Notes under the pieces: generated by a model
Databases searched by the model: none
Seen by the model: only the letters and a program-made list of their open reading frames with translations
Told to the model about the DNA's origin: nothing
Assembly: GCA_902774175.1 (NCBI GenBank)
Contig: CACYHG010000003.1
Coordinates: forward strand, 7,730 to 71,729
Reading direction: 5' to 3'
Length of the DNA: 64,000 nt
From: an uncultured Bacteroidota bacterium
GTDB lineage: Bacteria > Bacteroidota > Bacteroidia > Bacteroidales > WCHB1-69
Program-made: the position numbers and the translations under genes
Part shown: positions 46,768 to 54,808 of the stretch, piece by piece
Layout of the letters: each line of letters begins with the position of its first letter
Position numbering within the stretch: position 1 is the stretch's first letter

Positions 46768-47967
46768 TTATTTCAAAAAATAGGATTCAATTCGTTTACA
46801 GCTACCATCGTCACCAACACTGCCATAGATAAAATCCTTAACCTTAGCTCTTTCCATAGCAAAAGAATCAATACCATTTTTTATCTCTGATATAAAATCA
46901 AAGAGCTGTTGTTTGTCAAAAATATGGTTTCCTGGCATGACATCAAGTATATTATCCCAAACAAAACCACGATCATCTTGATATGAATCCATATCATCAA
47001 GGATATAAGCAATAGGCTTGTCCAATAAAAGATAATCAAAACTAACAGAGGAATAGTCTGTAATAAGGGCATCTGATTTCCCTATCATTTCATATAATTG
47101 AATCCCCCTTCCCCTCAAATCATCATCTGTCACAAAAACAATATTGGAGTAAGTCTTGCAAAATATTGGTTTGTCCGATTGCAAATGATGTATCTTAACA
47201 ATAATCTCCACACTATTCTCCGACAAAAATTTATTCAATTCCTTCACATCGTCTTCCATAGCTATTAAAGGAAGTCCCGTTTCCGTGTCACAGCTTTGTT
47301 CCGACAAGGAATCTTGCACCGACTTCCTAAAAGTAGGCATCCACAAAAGGACTTTTTTGTTGCAACCCGTTGCGAATGGATTACAACCACCCTCTCCTTT
47401 GTTTCCTAGTAACAAATCATTTCTAGGATAACCTATAGGGATAACTCTGTTTTCATCACATTGAAGAAACTTACTTTGTGGTAATATCGCATTCTTTCCA
47501 ATTGACAAAGTAAAATCAAATCCAACCGTACCGCTACCCTTTCCCGCCTTAATAGCACAACCATGACTGGTATATACTAAAACTTGTTCCCCATGTTTTA
47601 CAAACTCTGGCAGTGTACAATGTGTGTAAATTATATACTTGGCACGAGAATAAAACCAATATGCTTTCAATCTAAGTCCACTACCATATCGAGAAATGAA
47701 AATAGTATCATTGCTCTTTCCGTAGGATTTTGGATTAACCACTACCCAAACAAACCTATAACTATGTGTTTCTTTTAGATACTGGTATAAGGCCCAAGCA
47801 TTGTCACAGAAATCAGGTTGACTCTCAAAAATAATCAGTTTATCATCTATTGATAATAAACGAAACAAGGAATAAAACAACGGCCTAATTGGAGTACAAA
47901 GGACATTTTGCACAATCCTAAATGAACCGGCAATTCCATGCTTCTGTATCTTTTCGACTAGATTCAT
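46768..47967 (-). CDS. CDP-glycerol glycerophosphotransferase (TagB/TagF family)
   Basis: LWMPTFRKS and [22 protein letters not shown], the two hallmark TagF-family blocks. Confidence 0.85.
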   Translation of the reverse strand: MNLVEKIQKHGIAGSFRIVQNVLCTPIRPLFYSLFRLLSIDDKLIIFESQPDFCDNAWALYQYLKETHSYRFVWVVVNPKSYGKSNDTIFISRYGSGLRLKAYWFYSRAKYIIYTHCTLPEFVKHGEQVLVYTSHGCAIKAGKGSGTVGFDFTLSIGKNAILPQSKFLQCDENRVIPIGYPRNDLLLGNKGEGGCNPFATGCNKKVLLWMPTFRKSVQDSLSEQSCDTETGLPLIAMEDDVKELNKFLSENSVEIIVKIHHLQSDKPIFCKTYSNIVFVTDDDLRGRGIQLYEMIGKSDALITDYSSVSFDYLLLDKPIAYILDDMDSYQDDRGFVWDNILDVMPGNHIFDKQQLFDFISEIKNGIDSFAMERAKVKDFIYGSVGDDGSCKRIESYFLK

Positions 47968-47990
47968 CAGCTAAAACAACTTAAATCGAT

Positions 47991-48686
47991 CTACTTAAAA
48001 CAATACCCTCCGTTCACCTCAATCAAACTCCCATTAACAAACGGATTGTCAATACAGAATCGGAATGCATCAACAATTTCATCAACTGTCGCAAATCGGT
48101 GAATGGCTGTTTTCTTATATATGTTTTGCTTTATTTCCTCGGGCTTCGCTGCTTGCCATGGAGTATCCACAAAACCCGGAACAATGGCGTTCACCGTGGT
48201 ACCTGTACCCTCAAATTCCTTGACAAGATTTCTGCAGAGCGCATGGACAGCCGCCTTAGTCACTCCGTATGCTAGTACTGTGGCATGAGGGTCAATGCCC
48301 ATTTGCGAACCTGTGAAAAGAATACGGGAACCCTTTGGAATCATCTGGAAAAACTCCCGTATCATGATGTAATGTGAATTGACCGCCACCTCCATCATGG
48401 CATCCCATTCATCGTCTTTCATCTCAGTGAACGAACGGCGGACGGTCATGCCGGCATTGCACACAATGCAATCCAAAGGATTGGTTTGCGCCTTTACGTA
48501 TCCAACGAAACGATAGACTTCATCGCGATTGGTCTGGTCAATCTTATGTGCCTCAAAGTTGTCCATCCTATCCTCAAAGTCGGGACCAATATAGGTTGCA
48601 TAGACATAGTAGCCCTTGCCAAGCAACATCTTCGCAACACCCAGACCCAATCCAGAAGTTCCGCCGGTAACAATAGCGTATTTCAT
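47991..48686 (-). CDS. short-chain dehydrogenase/reductase
   Basis: TGGTSGLG, NAG, Y..TK catalytic motif (YGVTKAAV). Confidence 0.9.
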   Translation of the reverse strand: MKYAIVTGGTSGLGLGVAKMLLGKGYYVYATYIGPDFEDRMDNFEAHKIDQTNRDEVYRFVGYVKAQTNPLDCIVCNAGMTVRRSFTEMKDDEWDAMMEVAVNSHYIMIREFFQMIPKGSRILFTGSQMGIDPHATVLAYGVTKAAVHALCRNLVKEFEGTGTTVNAIVPGFVDTPWQAAKPEEIKQNIYKKTAIHRFATVDEIVDAFRFCIDNPFVNGSLIEVNGGYCFK

Positions 48687-48698
48687 CTCTTTGAACTC

Positions 48699-49154
48699 TT
48701 ATTTAACCACATCCGGATTAGGTTGATGGTCGATTTGACGCAGCGTGTCGTGATAACGCTCCAGAATAGTCTTTTTGATACCCGTCGTGGAAGCTCCTTC
48801 GCCTCTCGGGAAGTAGAACACGGTAACACCAAGTCCCTTCAAGTAATCATATTTTCCCACCCAGTCGTCGCCAACAACAAACACATCAATATTCAATTTC
48901 TTCACAACTTCAGTATGTTCCAAAGAACGCTGAGGAATAACAATGTCGGGGTATTTCAGTGCTTTGATAATGGCTATCCTTTCCTCAAAAGGAATAATCG
49001 GTGGATTCTTGTAACTAGCAACAAGTTCATCGGTGCTAACCCCCACAATGAGCGTATCTCCCAAACCACGGGCATATTCTATCATCTTCAGATGATTGGA
49101 GTGGAACATGTCGAAGGTTCCGGAAGTATAGACAACAATCTTATTATTATACAT
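48699..49154 (-). CDS. glycerol-3-phosphate cytidylyltransferase-like (TagD family)
   Basis: YTSGTFDMFHSNHLKMIEYA (HxGH-like), DVFVVGDDWVGKYDYLK, RGEGASTTGIKK. Block-by-block similar to B. subtilis TagD. Confidence 0.88.
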   Translation of the reverse strand: MYNNKIVVYTSGTFDMFHSNHLKMIEYARGLGDTLIVGVSTDELVASYKNPPIIPFEERIAIIKALKYPDIVIPQRSLEHTEVVKKLNIDVFVVGDDWVGKYDYLKGLGVTVFYFPRGEGASTTGIKKTILERYHDTLRQIDHQPNPDVVK

Positions 49155-49633
49155 AAAAGTCTGGAAAAAGAATACAACAAATCTTCACAGGAACTTTTCT
49201 TTTCAATAATGTCAAGTGCATTTTCAAAGGTCAAGTATTCTGAAAAGCAATCGCCTCTGGGTTCAAATAATAGGTAATTGTTCCTGTATATCTCTGACAT
49301 TTTGTCTTTTAAGTATTCCACCGCTTCATTAAAACTCTCCGCATGGAAATCTGAAAAATCCAAAAACAAAACATGGTATGAATTGATTTCCTTTGAAAAA
49401 ATGTCCTTTCCCCCTATCTTTAGATTTTGAAAAACTGACCTGCTGTCAATGTTCTTGTCAAGAAAACAAGCTAAAGTCTTTAAAAGAAAAGAGGAACCGG
49501 TCCCATGACAATTCGTCAAAGTACAGTATCGTAACGAAAAAAGTTTTTCAAAAAACTCGGTCTTGTCACTATATCTTTTTGACTTTACGTCATTCAGCAC
49601 AGACATGTTTTTTTTTATTTCCATTTTCTTCAT
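49088..49633 (-). pseudogene. truncated AAA-ATPase_like (PF09820-type) gene, N-terminal ~150 codons only
   Basis: YSDKTEFFEKLF...CHGTGSSFLLKTLACFLDKN resembles the start of the Bacteroides AAA-ATPase/PDDEXK_9 family (normally ~500 aa). The frame runs into and overlaps the TagD-like start. Confidence 0.5.
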
Positions 49634-49636
49634 CTG

Positions 49637-49669
49637 TTTTCATCGCCAATTGCTCAAATTGTTGAACCC
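49637..49669. repeat. direct repeat family 2, copy 1
   Basis: TTTTCATCGCCAATTGCTCAAATTGTTGAACCC. 29 of 33 positions identical to 50892..50924. Confidence 0.85.
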
Positions 49670-49724
49670 TACCACTGTAGGCATGGTTTATTCTAAATAA
49701 CTGTCTATTAAGTTTATTATTTTA

Positions 49725-50855
49725 TCAGAATTCCCTTTGTATCCAGTATCCCAAAAAAAGGTCATAAACAGAATAAACACCCCTTTCATTGGTTACAAAG
49801 TCCTTTTCCAGAAGTCCCTTCACCGCCGATTGCACCGTACTGGATGAGGGCAATCCATATTTATGCAGAAAAGCCGATGAGGTTATGGCTTTGGAAGGTC
49901 CGTTCTTCGCCAAAGCAATTAGAACCATCTTCTGTTTCTCGGGTAAACGGAACAATGTTTCCTCAAAGCTATAGGATTGCGTCCTGACCACATAATCCAA
50001 AGCATCTTCCACATCCGACACCTTACACTCTTCCCCTTCGGGTGTATGGGCATATAGCGTATTGAACAGTTTTTGCGTGTACCAGGTGATGCCCTGTGAA
50101 CGGGAATAAACCGCTTGGGTCACACCATCAGCCAATTTTCGCCCACCTTCTGCAAAAAGTGCTTTGGCGAAAGCGTCGTACTGCTGAATATCAATGCTGT
50201 CAAGATGCATCATCGAAACACTTTGGAAAAAAGGGCGGGCGGCACTGGTGAACATGGCGCCCATAGTGTGGCGTTGACTCCCTGCAAAAATGAACTTGGC
50301 GTTATGGCACTGCTGCACATAGGTTCGCAAAGTGGCCTCAATGTTCTTTTCGGGATAATTGCCGATTTGTTGGAACTCATCAATAGCCACAATACAGGGG
50401 CGACTGGCTTTTTCCAGATACTGGAATATTTCATCCAATGTTATGATACCGGACTGTATCTCCCCGACTTGCACGTTGAACGAAGGTTCACCCGCCGGCG
50501 AGAAAGAGATGCCGGCCTGCAATGAACGCATGCAATCCCAAAAGTGTTTCAACGCACGCGCACCATGCGGCTGCAGGCGAACAAGGATTTCCCTGCTGAG
50601 TTTCAGAACCAACTCGCGAAGAGACTGGGTGTCGTATATGTCAACGAAAAAGGTATAGTATTCACGCTGTATTTCTGGGAGGCTGAAATAGTGCTGTATC
50701 AGGCCGCTTTTGCCCATACGGCGTGTGGCTATCAGCGCGACATTGTTACCGTTGGCAATCTCCTCCCCCAACCGCAACGTTTCCTGCCTACGGTCACAAA
50801 AATAGCGTTCACCTTCGTATCCACTAATTATGAACGGATTGGATAATCTATTCAT
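49725..50855 (-). CDS. AAA+ ATPase (archaeal-ATPase/PF01637-like) with C-terminal wHTH
   Basis: Walker A ATRRMGKSGL, Walker B VAIDEFQ, C-terminal LIALAKNGPSKAITSSAF. 376 aa. Confidence 0.8.
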   Translation of the reverse strand: MNRLSNPFIISGYEGERYFCDRRQETLRLGEEIANGNNVALIATRRMGKSGLIQHYFSLPEIQREYYTFFVDIYDTQSLRELVLKLSREILVRLQPHGARALKHFWDCMRSLQAGISFSPAGEPSFNVQVGEIQSGIITLDEIFQYLEKASRPCIVAIDEFQQIGNYPEKNIEATLRTYVQQCHNAKFIFAGSQRHTMGAMFTSAARPFFQSVSMMHLDSIDIQQYDAFAKALFAEGGRKLADGVTQAVYSRSQGITWYTQKLFNTLYAHTPEGEECKVSDVEDALDYVVRTQSYSFEETLFRLPEKQKMVLIALAKNGPSKAITSSAFLHKYGLPSSSTVQSAVKGLLEKDFVTNERGVYSVYDLFLGYWIQREF

Positions 50856-50891
50856 ATTTTTATTACTTTATGATTATTAAAAAGTAATAAT

Positions 50892-50924
50892 TTTTCATCG
50901 CCAATTGCCCAAACAGCTGAACCC
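50892..50924. repeat. direct repeat family 2, copy 2
   Basis: TTTTCATCGCCAATTGCCCAAACAGCTGAACCC. Confidence 0.85.
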
Positions 50925-50940
50925 CATCTCTTCCGTCATC

Positions 50941-51150
50941 TCACATATCTTCCAAAGACAACCCGATAAAACGCGATTCCCATTGCTTGTGATGGGCAAG
51001 GATCTTAACCGATTTCTCTTCAAGTTTGGGGATGCTGATCCTATCATGATTACGTTTGACTTCACCGATGACCAGAGACCTGTTTTCACCATCCACTGCG
51101 ATCAGGTCTATTTCCCTGTCTTCGCCCGGCTTGCCGCCAGCTCCTTTTCC
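50941..51150 (-). pseudogene. 3' remnant of a DUF234-type ATPase gene
   Basis: Hand translation gives GKGAGGKPGEDREIDLIAVDGENRSLVIGEVKRNHDRISIPKLEEKSVKILAHHKQWESRFIGLSLEDM*. EIDLIA...GEVK is the DUF234 restriction-endonuclease-like core. An in-frame TAG lies immediately upstream and there is no start. Confidence 0.6.
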
Positions 51151-51183
51151 CTATCGTAGAACTTCATCTCTCCATTCAAATTT

Positions 51184-51212
51184 GTAACCGCTGTTACTGT
51201 AACCGCCGTTAC
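51184..51212. repeat. two tandem 14-bp palindromes GTAAC-N4-GTTAC
   Basis: GTAACCGCTGTTAC T GTAACCGCCGTTAC, 3 nt downstream of the wzm stop. Confidence 0.85.
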
Positions 51213-51215
51213 AAT

Positions 51216-52100
51216 TTACACCGTATCCATAAAGCTCTTCTGGACCTTGTTGAAAATCAAGATACCGAGAGCAAGCACGACCAGCATGAAGACAAAGCTA
51301 TAAGCCAGCCAGCCCCAGCCAATGAACTCTCCGGCACCCAAAGCGGCATGCTTGAATGTCTCGATCACGGGCGTCACAGGGTTGATGCACATGACGTTAT
51401 ATAAGTCGAAACCGGCTACGACCTTCCCTTTCACCTGGCTTAACGGGTAGACAATAGGTGTGGCATACATCCACAACTGGACAAAAAATGTGAAAAATAT
51501 TTGCAGGTCACGGTACTTTGTGGTCATTGAGGAAATGATGATACCGAACCCTAACGCCAGCCCGGCCATCATCAGCACCAGCAGCGGAAACAGCAAAATA
51601 TACCAGTTCGGACAGGCAACCGTACCGCCAATGACATAGAACAGATAGACAATGACAAACAGGCCGAACTGGATGCCGAACCGCACCAAATTGCTCACCG
51701 TGTTTGATATCGGCATAATCAGACGGGGAAAATAGACCTTACCGAAGATGTTGGCATTGGAGACAAAAGTGTTGGAAGTCTTGTTCAGACAATCGGCAAA
51801 ATACTGCCACATGCAGACACCTGCCAGATAGAAGAGCGGTTGTGGGATGCCATCGGTCGGGATGCCGGCGATGCCGCCGAACACCACCATGTACATAATC
51901 ACGGTAAGGGCGGGTTGGATAAGCCACCAGAGCGGCCCCAAAATGGTTTGCTTGTACTGCGTGATGATGTCCCTTTTTACAAACAGTGTCAGCAAATCAC
52001 GATACGCCCAGACCTCTTTCAGATTAACTTCGAAAAGTTTGTTACGAGGTTTGATGACAGTGGTCCATTGCTCTTCGCGAGAAACAGTTTCAGCTTGCAT
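51216..52100 (-). CDS. wzm: ABC-2-type glycan-export permease (Wzm/TagG)
   Basis: Trimmed to MQAETVSREEQW. Six TM helices and the conserved RDIITQYKQTILGPLWW entry motif. Confidence 0.88.
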   Translation of the reverse strand: MQAETVSREEQWTTVIKPRNKLFEVNLKEVWAYRDLLTLFVKRDIITQYKQTILGPLWWLIQPALTVIMYMVVFGGIAGIPTDGIPQPLFYLAGVCMWQYFADCLNKTSNTFVSNANIFGKVYFPRLIMPISNTVSNLVRFGIQFGLFVIVYLFYVIGGTVACPNWYILLFPLLVLMMAGLALGFGIIISSMTTKYRDLQIFFTFFVQLWMYATPIVYPLSQVKGKVVAGFDLYNVMCINPVTPVIETFKHAALGAGEFIGWGWLAYSFVFMLVVLALGILIFNKVQKSFMDTV

Positions 52101-52261
52101 TTTTACGAATAATGTTAGGTTATGATACGGCTTCGCCCGTGTCAGAAACATGCAAATAATTGTAATACAAATATTTACATTATCTGGCACAGGCCAAAAA
52201 ACATCCTGCAAAGGTAACAAAAAAAAAGATATGACAATTAAATTAAAAAAGGAAAATGCAA

Positions 52262-53524
52262 TTAAAAATAGAAAACAGCCTCCAGAATAATGCGAAGGTT
52301 TCCGACAGCGTCGGTCGGCAGGTATCTGAACACTTTCCCATCGGTGAGTTTTTCACCATATTTTGCAGAAGTATACTCTAACTCAGTAAAAAAGGCAACC
52401 GATGCGTTGGGGCAGAAAGCAAGCTGAGGCTGCACCCGCCAAACGTTGTCGATATCAAATCCGCGTCCGTAGACTGCTGCCTCCGCATCGAACCAGATGC
52501 CGAAAGAATTGTTTTGCGTATAGCCGAGAAAAATTCCGGGGCGCCATCTGCCGCAAATCCGGCGGAAATCGGCCCAGAGGGAGGTGCATCCGAAAGGTGT
52601 GTACGCGTAACCGGCATCCTGAGGGAGGCGCGTTTCGAGATAGCCGCCCAACAGACCCTGCTCAAACAGGTTGTCACCATAGATTCCCTGGTAGCGGAGG
52701 CTCCAACACTTATAGTCATGGCGCCCGAACAGCGACACGGTGAACGAGGGGAACGTGGTGGAGGTCCGATGGAGCAGGCCGGCGGCATCATCAAAATAAT
52801 TCCGCGGACGCAGCACCTCGGCATTGAACATGCAGCCCAAAAAGCTGGAGACACGCTCTCCCCAGACGTACCGCAGCTGCAGGTTCCCCTCCGGCAGTGC
52901 AGCGGCACGCAGATACGCGGTGCTTTTTCCGTAAGGGCCCGCAGAGGCATTGTCCAGCTGGAATGCGGCGACAGCCTCCATCTGCACAAAAGGGCGTGAC
53001 GCGGAACTCCTGCAGAGGTATCGTCCCTGCACGTAACGCGAATAGGGATGGAACGGGATGCCCATATTCAGCGGACGGGTGCCCAGCATTATATCCGGCA
53101 CCACTAACGGATGCCAATATTGTCCGAAGAGCCATTCCGAACGTTCCCGCTGCAGGCTGATGTAAGCGTGACGGAGCCGCAGCATATTGATGCCGGCCTC
53201 GTTGGAGCCGGTGAAGTCGCCCTCCAGATATGAGGAGACCTTTGTGGCGCCCCAGTCGGGAGCCTTAATCCGCAGGCCAAGCCGTGTGGTTATGGCCAGC
53301 ATGTTCAGGTTCGGCACAGCATTGAGGTCGTTCCCATTCACATCCGGCAGCCTCGGAGCAGGATAGAAGGACAACTGCCCCTCACGGGCGCCCACCACCT
53401 GACGGCTGTCCATGAAGAGCTGCGGGTCGACAAAACCGGAAAAACGGTAATCGAAACCCGTTCTTTGGGCATAAATGGCCATACAACAGAAAAGCAGCAG
53501 CGCCACAGTGGAAATACGCTTCAT
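52262..53524 (-). CDS. outer-membrane beta-barrel, porin-like
   Basis: Trimmed to MKRISTVALLLFCCMAIYAQ (signal peptide). Alternating beta-strand pattern, aromatic girdle residues, C-terminal ...EAVFYF. Confidence 0.7.
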   Translation of the reverse strand: MKRISTVALLLFCCMAIYAQRTGFDYRFSGFVDPQLFMDSRQVVGAREGQLSFYPAPRLPDVNGNDLNAVPNLNMLAITTRLGLRIKAPDWGATKVSSYLEGDFTGSNEAGINMLRLRHAYISLQRERSEWLFGQYWHPLVVPDIMLGTRPLNMGIPFHPYSRYVQGRYLCRSSASRPFVQMEAVAAFQLDNASAGPYGKSTAYLRAAALPEGNLQLRYVWGERVSSFLGCMFNAEVLRPRNYFDDAAGLLHRTSTTFPSFTVSLFGRHDYKCWSLRYQGIYGDNLFEQGLLGGYLETRLPQDAGYAYTPFGCTSLWADFRRICGRWRPGIFLGYTQNNSFGIWFDAEAAVYGRGFDIDNVWRVQPQLAFCPNASVAFFTELEYTSAKYGEKLTDGKVFRYLPTDAVGNLRIILEAVFYF

Positions 53525-53526
53525 GG

Positions 53527-54567
53527 CTACTGGGAATGATGGCGTTTGATGATAATGCTGCACATTATTTTCCAGAAATAGCCCCACTGGGTCCTGAACG
53601 GATGCTTGAAGTAGGCGTCCAAATAACGTTTTTCGCTCTGCTGCACCTCCTCCAAGCCCTCCGGCATGTCCACATAATATGGGGGGAGCAGGCCGGGTTT
53701 GGCCTTGATGCGGTAGGCCTGCATCTCAGGAGTGTAGAGAAAATAGTACTGCTCGCTCAGCGGACGGACGCCAACCAGTTTCATGTCACACTTAAGTATG
53801 TTCCAAACCATCGGGAGTTCGTCAAGCCAATACTTGCGAAGGAGCCTCCCCCATCCGGACACACGAAAGTCGTTGGCGAACTTGCCGGTCTTGTCCAGCA
53901 TGTTGTGTTCGTACACATATTTCTGCAAATATTCGGAATAGGCATACATGGTCCGGAACTTGTATACAGGGAAACGTCTGCCGTCCTTACCGACCCTGCG
54001 CAGGGAGATGAGCAGGCCGTATGAGGGATGCTCGTCTGTGGAGGGGATCCGTTTTTTCTGACATACCACCAGATTCACACCATCCAGCACCTCCGAATGC
54101 AGGATGTCGAACCCGCAGAAGCACAGACGTCCGAAAACCTCAGGCATAGGATATACCCTTTTCACCTGCTTATAGATGGAGAAATAGAGGCGGCGGGTGA
54201 GCGTCATTTTTGGACATGCCCTGTGCCACAGGAAATCAAAGAAAAGATAAAGGCGGCTCATTTTGGGATGTTTTTCCCGAATCTGGCGCCTGCGGGTCTC
54301 CGAGGAGTAAAAACCGCAGATGAAAATCCCATCCGTCCGCATCTTCTGGTTGACAAAGATCAGATGGCGGTTCAGATAGCGCTGCTGGTTCAGAAAAACG
54401 GAGTCCACCACAAACTGGCAGGTGCCGTCCTCAGCCCCCTCAACCCATTCGGTTGCCTCAAGACTGAGCATCTTCCGCTGCTTCAAAGTGGTGGCATTTT
54501 TCAGCCCCGCAACAAACTCCTGCCACGAACGCGCAGGATGACCATTATCCAAATTATTAATTTCCAA
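53527..54567 (-). CDS. bacterial sugar transferase (initiating phosphoglycosyltransferase) with atypical N-terminal half
   Basis: C-terminal PF02397 core: FPVYKFRTMY...DELPMVWNILKCDMKLVGVRPL. Confidence 0.85.
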   Translation of the reverse strand: MEINNLDNGHPARSWQEFVAGLKNATTLKQRKMLSLEATEWVEGAEDGTCQFVVDSVFLNQQRYLNRHLIFVNQKMRTDGIFICGFYSSETRRRQIREKHPKMSRLYLFFDFLWHRACPKMTLTRRLYFSIYKQVKRVYPMPEVFGRLCFCGFDILHSEVLDGVNLVVCQKKRIPSTDEHPSYGLLISLRRVGKDGRRFPVYKFRTMYAYSEYLQKYVYEHNMLDKTGKFANDFRVSGWGRLLRKYWLDELPMVWNILKCDMKLVGVRPLSEQYYFLYTPEMQAYRIKAKPGLLPPYYVDMPEGLEEVQQSEKRYLDAYFKHPFRTQWGYFWKIMCSIIIKRHHSQ

Positions 54568-54685
54568 TTATTTGAATATAACTATCGTCAATATGTAATG
54601 ATTTGCAAAAATAAAAAAAAACCGATTATGATTCCATTTAAGAAAAAAAATATGACAAAAGATGTTTTCGTATTCCGAATTTGTC

Positions 54686-54693
54686 TACTTTTG
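54686..54693 (+). promoter_or_regulatory. -7 promoter box TACTTTTG for tRNA-Val
   Basis: TTTGTCTACTTTTGCA, 10 nt before the tRNA. Confidence 0.55.
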
Positions 54694-54703
54694 CAGACAT
54701 GAA

Positions 54704-54778
54704 GGGAGCTTAGCTCAGCTGGTTCAGAGCACCTGCCTTACAAGCAGGGGGTCAATGGTTCGAGTCCGTTAGTTCCCA
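54704..54778 (+). tRNA. tRNA-Val (anticodon TAC)
   Basis: Acceptor GGGAGCT/AGTTCCC, D arm GCTC..GAGC, anticodon stem CCTGC/GCAGG with loop CTTACAA, T arm AATGG-TTCGAGT-CCGTT. Confidence 0.92.
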
Positions 54779-54783
54779 CACGC

Positions 54784-54808
54784 AGAGGCTTCACGAAGCC
54801 TCTTTTTT
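54784..54808. terminator. rho-independent terminator (tRNA-Val / ung convergent)
   Basis: Stem AGAGGCTTC/GAAGCCTCT, loop ACG, then T5. Confidence 0.65.

Noticed and set aside
50905-51159. 84-aa plus-strand ORF and 65-aa minus-strand ORF in the wzm-proximal gap
   Set aside because: The third (minus) frame gives a clean DUF234 C-terminal domain remnant ending in a stop. The listed ORFs are other-frame artefacts of that pseudogene.
54568-54703. Searched the region upstream of the first glycan gene for an invertible (phase-variable) promoter or a UpxY/UpxZ-type regulator
   Set aside because: There are no flanking inverted repeats of the Bacteroides fragilis type, no recombinase and no NusG-like gene. 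Only a single minus-strand TATTTTTG box (54606..54613) is present, which is too weak to annotate.
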